DNA of 64,000 nucleotides from a virus: IMG/VR virus record IMGVR_UViG_3300048583_000157, positions 7,168 to 71,167 of that record; one strand, 5' to 3'. Shown piece by piece: positions 26,613 to 35,292 of this stretch (position 1 is its first letter; each line of letters starts with the position of its first letter). The notes under the pieces were generated by a model. It saw only the letters and a program-made list of their open reading frames with translations, ran no database searches and was not told where the DNA came from. The position numbers and the translations under genes were made by a program.

Positions 26613-26704
26613 ATCGATATCTCCTTTGATGACTATGAGTCATTTGGAATGTGACTGAGGTTTACCCGCCTCGTTTACGGGAACTGCAATGACTTGCGAA
26701 CAAG

Positions 26705-26980
26705 TCAATTGTCCTTTTCGATTTTAGCTTCTTTGGCTTTGTCGATTACTTTCGAAGCGATCTTGTGCGCTTCTTCAGCAGCGTCTTCGTTCTTGAAATT
26801 GAAGAAGTACGTGCCCATAGAGAAATTCAAGTCAACACTAAAGCCGGCCTCGAGCAATGCATCGAGTGCTTTTCGCATGTTAGACTGATCTTGGAGTTTG
26901 AAGAAGAGGCCGATAGAAAGTTTACCGGCCTCTGCTTCGCTTACCATACCAGCGAGTCGCTTAAGGCGATCGTGGTTCAT
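26705..26980 (-). CDS. Hypothetical prohead-associated protein
   Basis: N-terminus RLKRLAGMVSE. Confidence 0.65.
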   Translation of the reverse strand: MNHDRLKRLAGMVSEAEAGKLSIGLFFKLQDQSNMRKALDALLEAGFSVDLNFSMGTYFFNFKNEDAAEEAHKIASKVIDKAKEAKIEKDN

Positions 26981-26983
26981 AGA

Positions 26984-27577
26984 TTACTCGTTACCGCCGC
27001 CATCACCATCATTGTCATCGGTGATAGCTGGCTTACCAACAACAGCTTTTTCGTCTGCGGTTGATTCCTTTACGCCGTCAGTATGACCGGCTGCATAGAC
27101 CTTGAGAAGCAGTGCTGCAAGCTTGTCTTCGTCTGGAATACCGCTCTTGAGTAGTTTGGCGGCCATCTTCTGAACGATGGATGGGAGATCGTCTTCCTCC
27201 TCTTTCTCGCCTTTTTCTTCCTTACCCTCGTCTTCGTCTTCTTCGCCGTCTTCGTCATCCTTCTTCTTTTCAAGAAGTGGAAGACCGGCAGCGTTACGAG
27301 CGCGGTTGATTTCTTCGTTCTTCATCTTGTCCTTAAGGCTGTCCATTGCCTTCTGGAGTTCTTCTGTGCACTCTTCGTCGCAAGACTTCATAGCTGCCTT
27401 AACAGCCTTGATTGCTGCAGCGACGTCTAGGGTCTTGAGAAGAGTCTTAACGATCTTCGAAGCCTTCTTGGTGTACAGAGCTGGATCGATTTCAGTAGTA
27501 ACAACTACCTTCTTAGCTTCGCTTACGAAACCGTCGGTCGAGAGTCCTGCAAGGGCTCGTAGGTGGCGCATATCCAT
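26984..27577 (-). CDS. Hypothetical prohead-associated protein with acidic/basic low-complexity tract
   Basis: HLRALAGL and RARNAAGLPLLE motifs; AGGAG SD. Confidence 0.7.
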   Translation of the reverse strand: MDMRHLRALAGLSTDGFVSEAKKVVVTTEIDPALYTKKASKIVKTLLKTLDVAAAIKAVKAAMKSCDEECTEELQKAMDSLKDKMKNEEINRARNAAGLPLLEKKKDDEDGEEDEDEGKEEKGEKEEEDDLPSIVQKMAAKLLKSGIPDEDKLAALLLKVYAAGHTDGVKESTADEKAVVGKPAITDDNDGDGGGNE

Positions 27578-27591
27578 TGTGTATCTCCTGA

Positions 27592-27870
27592 TTATTCGGC
27601 TGTTAGAATTTTGTCATACAGCGCTGAAACTGCTTTATGAGCTGCTGTAAGAGCTTTGACTGCTTCAGCTACTTCATCAGAAGCGTCAACGTCGAAATTC
27701 TTAGCGGTGAGTTTGATGAAGCTGGTGACCTTCTGCGACTTGAGTTCATTCGCATGGCTCTCGAGATCATTCTCAAGCGTACGAAGCATGTCATCCATTT
27801 CATCGCTGCCAAAAGCATCCTCAAGAAGAGGAAGACCGGCAAGTTGACGCATGCGATTAGTCTTGTTCAT
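27592..27870 (-). CDS. Hypothetical prohead-associated protein
   Basis: N-terminus RMRQLAGLPLLE. Confidence 0.65.
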   Translation of the reverse strand: MNKTNRMRQLAGLPLLEDAFGSDEMDDMLRTLENDLESHANELKSQKVTSFIKLTAKNFDVDASDEVAEAVKALTAAHKAVSALYDKILTAE

Positions 27871-27883
27871 GTGAGGTCCTTAG

Positions 27884-28396
27884 TTAACGAATGACATTTT
27901 TGGGAGCTGGGTAAACTGAGCCACAAGGCATAATTTGAATATCACCCTTGCGATAGCGTTCTTTGTATGGGACTACAGTGTTAAGCGCGTCAACAAGCTT
28001 TCTATTTTCGATGTTAGTGCGACCCAGCTCAACGTTTATTCCATAATGGCCGGCGCTCTGATGCTCATTGCGCGGCTCATAATCATGCAAATCAACAGAA
28101 ATGCGGGCGCCGTCAATCTTGAATTTCTTGAGAACTGCCTTAACCTTTTCTGCAGCATCAAGAACATTTTTCGGAAGATCAGCTACTGGCAACGAAGATT
28201 GAAACTCTTCTTTCAAGCTCTTGACTGCTGCAATGTGGGCATCCAGATACTTGCTCCACTCCTTAAGAGTGACGTCATTGTAGCTGGGCTTAGACCACAT
28301 CCAAAGAATTTTTACACGCTCTGCATCCGACTTGTCACTAAATTCCGCGACAGACATGCGGGATTCATTTAGCTTGGCAAGTTCTTGGATAAGCAT
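27884..28396 (-). CDS. Hypothetical protein with capsid-targeting-like N-terminus
   Basis: MLIQELAKLNE; follows the protease gene. Confidence 0.65.
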   Translation of the reverse strand: MLIQELAKLNESRMSVAEFSDKSDAERVKILWMWSKPSYNDVTLKEWSKYLDAHIAAVKSLKEEFQSSLPVADLPKNVLDAAEKVKAVLKKFKIDGARISVDLHDYEPRNEHQSAGHYGINVELGRTNIENRKLVDALNTVVPYKERYRKGDIQIMPCGSVYPAPKNVIR

Positions 28397-28398
28397 GA

Positions 28399-29013
28399 TT
28401 AGCCCTTGGTGATCGATTCGATGAACTTCTGGATTTCGCGAGTGAAGTACTTCTGCGCAGCTGGGTCATGGACCAGAGCTTCAGCAAGAGTAACGACCTT
28501 CGTGTTTTCCATTGACTCACGAACAACGTCTGGGTAGCAACCTGGGCCCGAAGGCTGGGCAACAATGTCAAGCGTCACGAAAGAGAAGTCTTCGACGACG
28601 CCCATGTGATTGACGTTACCAGTGCCGCGGGAAGAAACGCCCAGTCTAACACCACCTTCGATAAGCTCCTGGACGATACGACCAGATGGGGTGTTTAGAA
28701 TCTTGCACTTGCCGATGGCGTTGTTACCGTCCATCCAAGCTTCAGTGATGATGTGCGAGACGTTCTTGAGGTCGATGGAAAGGTTGTCTGGGTGGTTAAG
28801 CTCACCCATTACTGACTGACCTTCAGAAATCTTCGACTTGATGTTTTGTACTGCGCGCTGAATTTCGCTAAGTGGGTACTTACGACGATTCAGATTCTCT
28901 TGCTCCGCAGCCATCATACGGCCGGAAAGGTAAAGATTCTTGAATGAGTCACGGGATTCAACGAGCTGTGCTTCAGCTGGGGTGAAACGCTCGATAAGAA
29001 GTTGCTGCTTCAT
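28399..29013 (-). CDS. gp21: Prohead core protease
   Basis: N.NRRKYP, GELNHP, VSH, GVSSRGTG, DIVAQPS: His/Ser/Asp triad intact. Confidence 0.95.
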   Translation of the reverse strand: MKQQLLIERFTPAEAQLVESRDSFKNLYLSGRMMAAEQENLNRRKYPLSEIQRAVQNIKSKISEGQSVMGELNHPDNLSIDLKNVSHIITEAWMDGNNAIGKCKILNTPSGRIVQELIEGGVRLGVSSRGTGNVNHMGVVEDFSFVTLDIVAQPSGPGCYPDVVRESMENTKVVTLAEALVHDPAAQKYFTREIQKFIESITKG

Positions 29014-29070
29014 TAGGTGCTCCTAATTTGGGCTTCGCAGAACACGAAGCCAACCTGTAAATCTACCAGG

Positions 29071-29078
29071 TATTTATA
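29071..29078 (-). promoter_or_regulatory. T4-type late promoter (perfect TATAAATA) for the prohead protease
   Basis: TATTTATA on the plus strand; overlaps one arm of a 10-bp inverted repeat whose other arm covers the SD. Confidence 0.85.
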
Positions 29079-29132
29079 GGAGCACCCAGGAAGCCGCCAC
29101 GGGAGGCGAGCTTTTAAGGTGCGGGCGCCTCG

Positions 29133-29336
29133 TCAACGTTTCAACCTGTAGACGAAAGCATCGAACAATGGATCATAGCAGAGTCCATACTCTTCTGATG
29201 CTGGCAGGGTGTCAACTAGTGAACCGACTCCTTCGCCCGCCTTAGGGAAGATAAACTCTTCCACTGTCCACTCGCCCTTTATTGAAGGAGCTACTGGGAA
29301 AATAGCATCTTCGGCTATGATAGGCTTAGAAGTCAT
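29133..29336 (-). CDS. Small hypothetical protein
   Basis: ATGA overlap with the portal stop codon. Confidence 0.55.
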   Translation of the reverse strand: MTSKPIIAEDAIFPVAPSIKGEWTVEEFIFPKAGEGVGSLVDTLPASEEYGLCYDPLFDAFVYRLKR

Positions 29337-30940
29337 TGTGGTGCGGCCTCATCACCTGCTGGCTCAGCGGCCGTGTCATCTGCCACTGGCTCTTCCGGTT
29401 CTTCTGGCTCGTCAATCTTGATCTTCTCGCGGTTCTCGTAAACCACTGGATCGTAAATCTGCTGGATGATGTCAACACCAACGTCATCACGCAGACCGCG
29501 TTCCTGTCTAACGAGAGCTTCGTTCATCTGCATCTCGTCCTTAGTCAGGCCGAGGAAGCGTTCAATGAGGAAGCGCTTGGAGAGGTAAGGAGTGTCTTCA
29601 ATGTTCTTGAAGCTGTTGATGAGGTCAGTGTCAAGAGCTGCCTGACGGTACAGAGCAAAGTTCTGTGGCTCGACCATGATGAGCTTGAACAGATCAGGAT
29701 CGATGTTGATGCCCGTAACTGCAAGATAGGTCTTGAACTGCTCGTCGAACACTTCGTCGATAGCAGCCTGGAGACGCATGATGTAATTTGCGAAGATGCG
29801 TTCTTCCATGTAAGCAACGCCGACCTTGCCGTCATTGTACATGCCGCCTGGGTTAGCAGAGTCCTGTCCCTTCATGTACGAAGTAGGAACTCGCAGAGCG
29901 CGGAAGACCTTGTTCATGAAGTAGTCGAGCTCAGGAATTTCCCAAGATGCACCACCTGGCAGAGTCTCGACGCGTGAACCACGACCAGCAGCCGTCACTG
30001 GGAAGAAGTAATCTTCCTGGATGGATTCCGGATTGTACTGAGAGTCGGTCTGATCTGCATTGCCGGTGTTAGGCATACGCTTCTGACGGATATCGTTCTT
30101 GACTTGTTCGATGTACTGCTTGACGCGCTGCGGCGGCATGTTACCAACGTCAATGAAGAAGACTCGACGTTCTGGTGCACGAACAATGCGATAGATGATT
30201 GCAGCATCTTCAAGCATCGTCAGCTTCTGGTAGTCCTTGAATGCGGACTGAAGAACTGAGATACCGAATGGAGCTCTGTCACCCATTTCGTCTGAAAGGG
30301 TGAAGTGAATCATAGCCGAAGCGGGCGTAATCTCGATGCTATCACCAGCGTTTGCACCACGACCAGAGTTCTGGCTGATGGTGCTCTGGAAGCTGGATGG
30401 ACGGATGTGGTAGTTGACCTTGTTGCCTTCACGATCGACTTCAATACCGACAACACGAGTTGGGTCAATGAATTCCCACTTGTGAGTATCGGAAGTCTTA
30501 CGGAAGAAGCAGTCGCCGTACTTGACCATCATGCGGGCGACGTTGAAGATGCGCTTGTTCAGACCGTGGAATTTGGACCAGTGTCGAAGGGCGGCGCGAA
30601 CAGTCGTAACCGTGGTGTCTGGGAGCTTCTGGTTCTCTTCAGTTTGATAGTCGATGATGAAGGGAAGACCAGTGCGTTTGTCAGGGGCAGAGATTTCCTC
30701 TGCGATGATGTCAAGAGCTCTGGTGATGTCACCAGTATCCATTGCATCGTACTGCTTGTAACGCTGATGGCGCTGGCCTGCACCCTTTAGAAGCTGAGAG
30801 AACCAGCTAACAGACGAGAATGCAGCATATCCTGCGGTATTCAGATCCATTACGTCATCGATGTTCGCCGTCGGCTGCGTGTACGCTGCCTTACGTGAAT
30901 TTGGCGTGATGATGCGCCAGGTGTTTACCCACTGTGCCAT
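29333..30940 (-). CDS. gp20: Portal protein
   Basis: LEDAAIIYRIVRAPERRVFFIDVGNMP, EDYFFP, GRGSRVETLPGG, LRVPTSY. Confidence 0.97.
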   Translation of the reverse strand: MAQWVNTWRIITPNSRKAAYTQPTANIDDVMDLNTAGYAAFSSVSWFSQLLKGAGQRHQRYKQYDAMDTGDITRALDIIAEEISAPDKRTGLPFIIDYQTEENQKLPDTTVTTVRAALRHWSKFHGLNKRIFNVARMMVKYGDCFFRKTSDTHKWEFIDPTRVVGIEVDREGNKVNYHIRPSSFQSTISQNSGRGANAGDSIEITPASAMIHFTLSDEMGDRAPFGISVLQSAFKDYQKLTMLEDAAIIYRIVRAPERRVFFIDVGNMPPQRVKQYIEQVKNDIRQKRMPNTGNADQTDSQYNPESIQEDYFFPVTAAGRGSRVETLPGGASWEIPELDYFMNKVFRALRVPTSYMKGQDSANPGGMYNDGKVGVAYMEERIFANYIMRLQAAIDEVFDEQFKTYLAVTGINIDPDLFKLIMVEPQNFALYRQAALDTDLINSFKNIEDTPYLSKRFLIERFLGLTKDEMQMNEALVRQERGLRDDVGVDIIQQIYDPVVYENREKIKIDEPEEPEEPVADDTAAEPAGDEAAPQ

Positions 30941-30969
30941 TGTATTCTCTTAGTGATTGAGACGATTAG

Positions 30970-33900
30970 TTACCGAGGCTGCCGACCGGACATGTATGCC
31001 CAGGTGGAGGGAACCGAAGGGTTGCTAGCTCTGCGACTTGCAGCAAGAGCAGCTCTGGCTTCTGGAGAACCACCGTCAGCAAGAATTTGTAGCAGTTCGA
31101 TTGCCTCTGATAGCTTAGTTGCGATGCTAGCCAGATGAGTGTGAGCGCCTACGTCCTGAACGTTTAGGACGCTTGCAACACCCTCTGCTGCAGCTGCACT
31201 ATTTACACCTGCAGAGACGGCAGTTACACCAGGTTCAGCCAGTCCTGCGGCAGCCATTCCCGTTACCGAAGGAGGGACAGATGCGCCAGGGCCACCCATG
31301 ATGCTTGAACCACCAGTCAGACTGTCAGCATTCCACCAACCCATCTGCTTGCCGCCGAAGTATGCAGCTGCCGTCATAGGGTTTGACATCATTGCGGCTT
31401 CTGCGAGTGTGTTCCTTGAGCCTCTATCACCCTGAACGGCGCCCACAACCGTGCTTCCGAGTGCGTCGCCGCCGTATGCGCCTAGCAGACCACCAACGAT
31501 ACCGCCAATGATAGTGCCGACTACTGGAACTACTGAACCAATTGCAGCACCGGCTGCAGCACCGGCAACACCGCCAGCCAAACCACCAACAGCTCCGCCC
31601 TTGGCGCGATCACCCTCTTGAGATGTCATTCCACCAGCAGCTACATCGTCATTGATACTGCTCCAGTCGCTAGCTAGCATGCCAGCGCCAATGATGCTAC
31701 CGACTACTGGGATACGGCGAGATGCGCCCTTAGCGGCTGCACCCCAACCGCCACCAGCGGCTCTAGCAGGAATTGCTGCTGCTCCACCACGAGCAGTGCG
31801 CCCCGCGACAGCACCCCCGGCAGCTGCTCCACCACGTCCACCGCCTCTACCACCACGGCGACCTCTACGCCCGCCGCCTCCAAATCCACCACCCATTCCC
31901 AGTCCGCGTAGAGCCATAGCAGCTCTTGCTGCTTGCCACGCAAGACCAATTAGAGCGGCGCCAGAAGAAACGATAGCGCCGAGGAATGCACTATTGATTA
32001 TGCTCGTCACAGAGTTAATCGCATTACCCATGACCGCAAGATTCTCGTTACCCTTAGCCAATGCCTGAGTACGCTCGAGGTCAGCTTCCGTTGCAGCTTG
32101 TCCAGCTCGACCACGCATCTGGACTTCTAGTGATTTATCTATGGCCTCAGCCTGAGGACCCGACGGGCCAAGCTGTTCCATCAAGACTTCAGCAAGCTGC
32201 TGCGAACCTTGACCACGCCCAGAAGCATTTACTAGATACTGTTCTCGCTTTTGGGCGAATTGACCACGAAGCCCGATAAGCTCTTGCTCTTCGGCGGCTG
32301 TTGGAAGTCTCTTGTTCGACAGATAATTCAGACGCTGAGAATCTTGGTTGCTCACTCCTACCATCTGAGCAAGAACCATTGTTTTGGCCGCATTTGACAT
32401 ACGCTCGATTACTGACTCTCTAGCAGCTCTACGCTGGGTGAGCAGCAGATCATTGGCGTTGTCCGCACTCAAACCCATTGCGATGTAGTGATCGCGAGTG
32501 GCAATAGTATCTCGTGCGTAGACAGCGGCTCTTGCGGAATCCATGCCCATGAGAGTAGACTGAATTTCCTGATTAGACAGGAGCTGCGCATTCATCCGCA
32601 TGTATTCGGCTGCAGAGATGTTGATGATACCCGACATTCTCTGCCAAGAATTCATCGACTCTTCCATGAAGCTGTTCATGGCTGTAGCATTGCGAGTGTT
32701 GATACCGCCTAGAGCAGCGGCTTCAGTAGCTGGAGCAACGATATCAATAGCCTGAGCCATTGTGTGGCCGAATTTCTGGAAGGTACCCTCAAGCTGAGAA
32801 TTGTATGCCGTGAATCCGTTGCCATAGAGAGCCATGACTCTCTTGTTGTCTTGCATGTACTTCATGGTGTCTTCGAAGCTAAGACCCATGCGTAGCGAAG
32901 CTTCCTGAACACCCCAGTAAGTCTCGGGAACCATGGCGACGTTGAAGTCCATGATCTGACCGTACAGCTGACCAAGTGCACCCTTCGCCTTATCAAAGTT
33001 TGCGGCAATTACCGATGACGTAGCAAGATGATCAAGACCTCTCTTGAGGTTGTTGATCGTTGGCATCGAATTAGCGATCGAGTCCGTCCAAGAGTTAAGG
33101 ACCGTTCCCGCTTTCAATGCTTCCTTGTTTAGGAGCTGAATGGAATCCGATGCTTCATCGGACACCTTGCTCATCTTACGGGTAACTTCAGCAAGAAGCG
33201 ACATGTCATTCTTCAGAAGATTGAAGACTTCCATGTTGACGTTGCCAGCGCCATCGGTTAGATTGAGCTTGTTGCCACCATGATTGATGTCGAGGTCGGC
33301 GCCCATTGCCTCCATCTTGACGGCGAGGTCAAGCATTGCTGTCTTGATCTTGTTGGAGTTTGGTCCACCACTGAATACTCTTTCTAGGCTGCTACCAGCT
33401 CGCTCGACCATTTCTTTCAGCGAGCCAGCATTTAGACCTGCCATCGAGTCAGCAATCGTAGCTTCCATCGCGCCTAGCGCGTTACGGACCTTAGCAAATG
33501 TAGCAGGACCCAGATCTTCTTTCAGAGCATTGGTGCTGTCATCCCATGCGCCTGCAGCCCGCAGGATTCCCTTGTTAAGGGGAGCCACTGCAGCCGAGAG
33601 GCTGGTCATCATGCGGAAATACTTTTCGGTTCCTTCTTCTACTTGCTTGTGGGAAGCGAGCATTGCGGAACCGAACATCGCAGCATTTGCAGTCGACTGA
33701 CCGAGAACACTGGTGAAGTTCTTTGCTACCTTGGAATGCTTCTCGAGATAAGATGCAAATGCGACGGTGCTGCCGCGCCAGTCTTCAGCGGCTTCATTCA
33801 TCTTCTCCGTTAGGCCAGCATGGCGCTTAACTAGGCGAGTAGTCTCATCAAGAACCTTTTCGTATTCTTTGATGGAGTTGCCAGCGTCCATGAGCTTGCC

Positions 33901-34113
33901 GCGCTGGTCCTTGACCATCTTGGACAGCTTGTCAAAGCCTTCAGCAGTCGAAGCGATTGCTGAAGCTAGCTTCTTGCTTTCTTTTGCGCCATCGCCGTCT
34001 GACGAATCGGAGAATTTGCCATAACCTCTACTACCACCAGTGATCTTACCACCCATCCCGAGGCGCTTAAACGCTTCAAGCATTGCACTTTCGAGTTCAG
34101 AGGCTGTAGACAT
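30970..34113 (-). CDS. Tape measure-like protein
   Basis: 1047 aa Ala/Met-rich helical protein with a hydrophobic segment, an RGG tract and a glycine zipper (GAAIGSVVPVVGTIIGGIVGG); divergent from the gp26-like gene. Confidence 0.75.
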   Translation of the reverse strand: MSTASELESAMLEAFKRLGMGGKITGGSRGYGKFSDSSDGDGAKESKKLASAIASTAEGFDKLSKMVKDQRGKLMDAGNSIKEYEKVLDETTRLVKRHAGLTEKMNEAAEDWRGSTVAFASYLEKHSKVAKNFTSVLGQSTANAAMFGSAMLASHKQVEEGTEKYFRMMTSLSAAVAPLNKGILRAAGAWDDSTNALKEDLGPATFAKVRNALGAMEATIADSMAGLNAGSLKEMVERAGSSLERVFSGGPNSNKIKTAMLDLAVKMEAMGADLDINHGGNKLNLTDGAGNVNMEVFNLLKNDMSLLAEVTRKMSKVSDEASDSIQLLNKEALKAGTVLNSWTDSIANSMPTINNLKRGLDHLATSSVIAANFDKAKGALGQLYGQIMDFNVAMVPETYWGVQEASLRMGLSFEDTMKYMQDNKRVMALYGNGFTAYNSQLEGTFQKFGHTMAQAIDIVAPATEAAALGGINTRNATAMNSFMEESMNSWQRMSGIINISAAEYMRMNAQLLSNQEIQSTLMGMDSARAAVYARDTIATRDHYIAMGLSADNANDLLLTQRRAARESVIERMSNAAKTMVLAQMVGVSNQDSQRLNYLSNKRLPTAAEEQELIGLRGQFAQKREQYLVNASGRGQGSQQLAEVLMEQLGPSGPQAEAIDKSLEVQMRGRAGQAATEADLERTQALAKGNENLAVMGNAINSVTSIINSAFLGAIVSSGAALIGLAWQAARAAMALRGLGMGGGFGGGGRRGRRGGRGGGRGGAAAGGAVAGRTARGGAAAIPARAAGGGWGAAAKGASRRIPVVGSIIGAGMLASDWSSINDDVAAGGMTSQEGDRAKGGAVGGLAGGVAGAAAGAAIGSVVPVVGTIIGGIVGGLLGAYGGDALGSTVVGAVQGDRGSRNTLAEAAMMSNPMTAAAYFGGKQMGWWNADSLTGGSSIMGGPGASVPPSVTGMAAAGLAEPGVTAVSAGVNSAAAAEGVASVLNVQDVGAHTHLASIATKLSEAIELLQILADGGSPEARAALAASRRASNPSVPSTWAYMSGRQPR

Positions 34114-34141
34114 GTGTGATTTCCAGGCTTACGTCAGGTGA

Positions 34142-34164
34142 ATAAATACTCATACGCTATTTAT
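34142..34164. promoter_or_regulatory. Pair of oppositely oriented late promoters
   Basis: ATAAATA (+, 34142-34148) and TATTTAT (-, 34158-34164) lie 9 nt apart between divergent genes. Confidence 0.8.
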
Positions 34165-34200
34165 CGCTAAATCAGATACCCCAGATCATAGGAGTTCAGG

Positions 34201-34983
34201 ATGTCATCCAACCCACTACTCGCCGGCCTTCAACTGCCAGGTCGAATCTTCCAGCTTCCATCCAAGGGAATCTTCTACAAGGATGGAGAGCTATCACCAA
34301 GCGTCAAGGACGGTGAAATTCACGTTCACCCAATGTCCGCGCTAGACGAAATCAACATGAAGAACCCTGACCAGCTCTTCAGCGGTGAAGCTGTCAACAC
34401 TGTTTTCAGTCACTGCATCGAAGGAATCGCAAAGCCCGCACATCTGCTAGCTAAGGATATCGACGCGATTATGCTGTTCCTTCGCACTGTTACATACGGT
34501 CCAGAGTACGAATACACAGCAAAGCATCGCTGCGCAGATGCCAAAGAGCACTCGTATGTCGCAAACGTTGATGAGATGATCAATGCGATGACGATGATGG
34601 ACGAAACCACCATCGAAGAGAAGTTCACTCTCAATCTTGCTAACGGCCAGGTTGTAAAACTTCGTCCAAACCGTTATCAGAACGTGGTTGATCTGATCAA
34701 GGCCAATCAGAACAAAAAGGAATTCACAACCGAAGACCAGCAGAACAACCTCACGCGAGTCGTGTTGGCTGTTATTGAATCGGTCAATGGCAATACCGAT
34801 CCAGCCAACCTCGAAGAGTGGATTCGTCGCCTGCCATCCCCAATGGTAAATCGAATCGCCGAGAAGGTTGAGAAGATCAACGATTGGGGTTCTGATCTGA
34901 AGACCACTTGCAAGTGCAAGGATTGTGGTGAGATGTTCGATGTTGAAATCCCAATCAACCCAGTGACTTTTTTCACCGAATGA
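34201..34983 (+). CDS. gp26: Baseplate hub assembly protein (gp26-like)
   Basis: NPL...LPSKG.FY, MSALDE..K.PD.L.SG, D.DAI...LR..TYG, C-terminal CKDC. Confidence 0.8.
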   Translation: MSSNPLLAGLQLPGRIFQLPSKGIFYKDGELSPSVKDGEIHVHPMSALDEINMKNPDQLFSGEAVNTVFSHCIEGIAKPAHLLAKDIDAIMLFLRTVTYGPEYEYTAKHRCADAKEHSYVANVDEMINAMTMMDETTIEEKFTLNLANGQVVKLRPNRYQNVVDLIKANQNKKEFTTEDQQNNLTRVVLAVIESVNGNTDPANLEEWIRRLPSPMVNRIAEKVEKINDWGSDLKTTCKCKDCGEMFDVEIPINPVTFFTE

Positions 34984-35204
34984 TTCAGTCGGGTGATATG
35001 CAAGCCGTCCAGCGATTGATTGGACGGCTTGGTAGAGAGATAAAGGGCATCGTTAAATCGGCTTTGGAAATCTCTTGGTTTTCCCGTGGTGGTTGGAGTT
35101 ACGAGACCGTCATTCAGATGTCTCAGGCAGAACGGGAAATGGCAGTGGACTTCATCAATGAACGTCTAAAGCTTGCAGCCAAATCACAGCACCCTATCTA
35201 TTGA
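34980..35204 (+). CDS. Baseplate hub assembly catalyst (gp51-like)
   Basis: WFSRGGWSYE...MS.AER; ATGA-coupled to the gp26-like gene. Confidence 0.7.
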   Translation: MIQSGDMQAVQRLIGRLGREIKGIVKSALEISWFSRGGWSYETVIQMSQAEREMAVDFINERLKLAAKSQHPIY

Positions 35205-35238
35205 CATCACGCCCGGAATTCATACACTTTTACGGGAC

Positions 35239-35271
35239 AAAAAGAAAGGGAGCCCTGCGGCTCCCTTTTTT
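35239..35271. terminator. Bidirectional rho-independent terminator
   Basis: AAAAAGAAAGGGAGCC-CTGC-GGCTCCCTTTTTT between convergent genes. Confidence 0.85.
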
Positions 35272-35292
35272 GTGCGCGAAGTTTGTCGTACT

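Noticed and set aside
27195-27275. TCTTC/TCGTC-rich tract
   Set aside because: It encodes the Glu/Asp/Lys low-complexity segment of the 26984..27577 protein.
29336-29977. Long antisense ORFs opposite portal and similar ones elsewhere (19349..19990, 44259..44975, 47102..47716)
   Set aside because: Shadow ORFs produced by codon bias on the coding strand; they show no SD, promoter or recognisable motifs.
31770-31900. GC-rich low-complexity tract resembling a repeat array
   Set aside because: It encodes the Gly/Arg-rich linker of the tape measure protein; there is no fixed repeat-spacer period, so it is not CRISPR.
35201-35228. TTGACA-N16-TACACT sigma70-like promoter on the plus strand
   Set aside because: TTGA includes the gp51-like stop codon, the spacing is 16, it does not match the phage GTTTAC class, and it points straight into a terminator.
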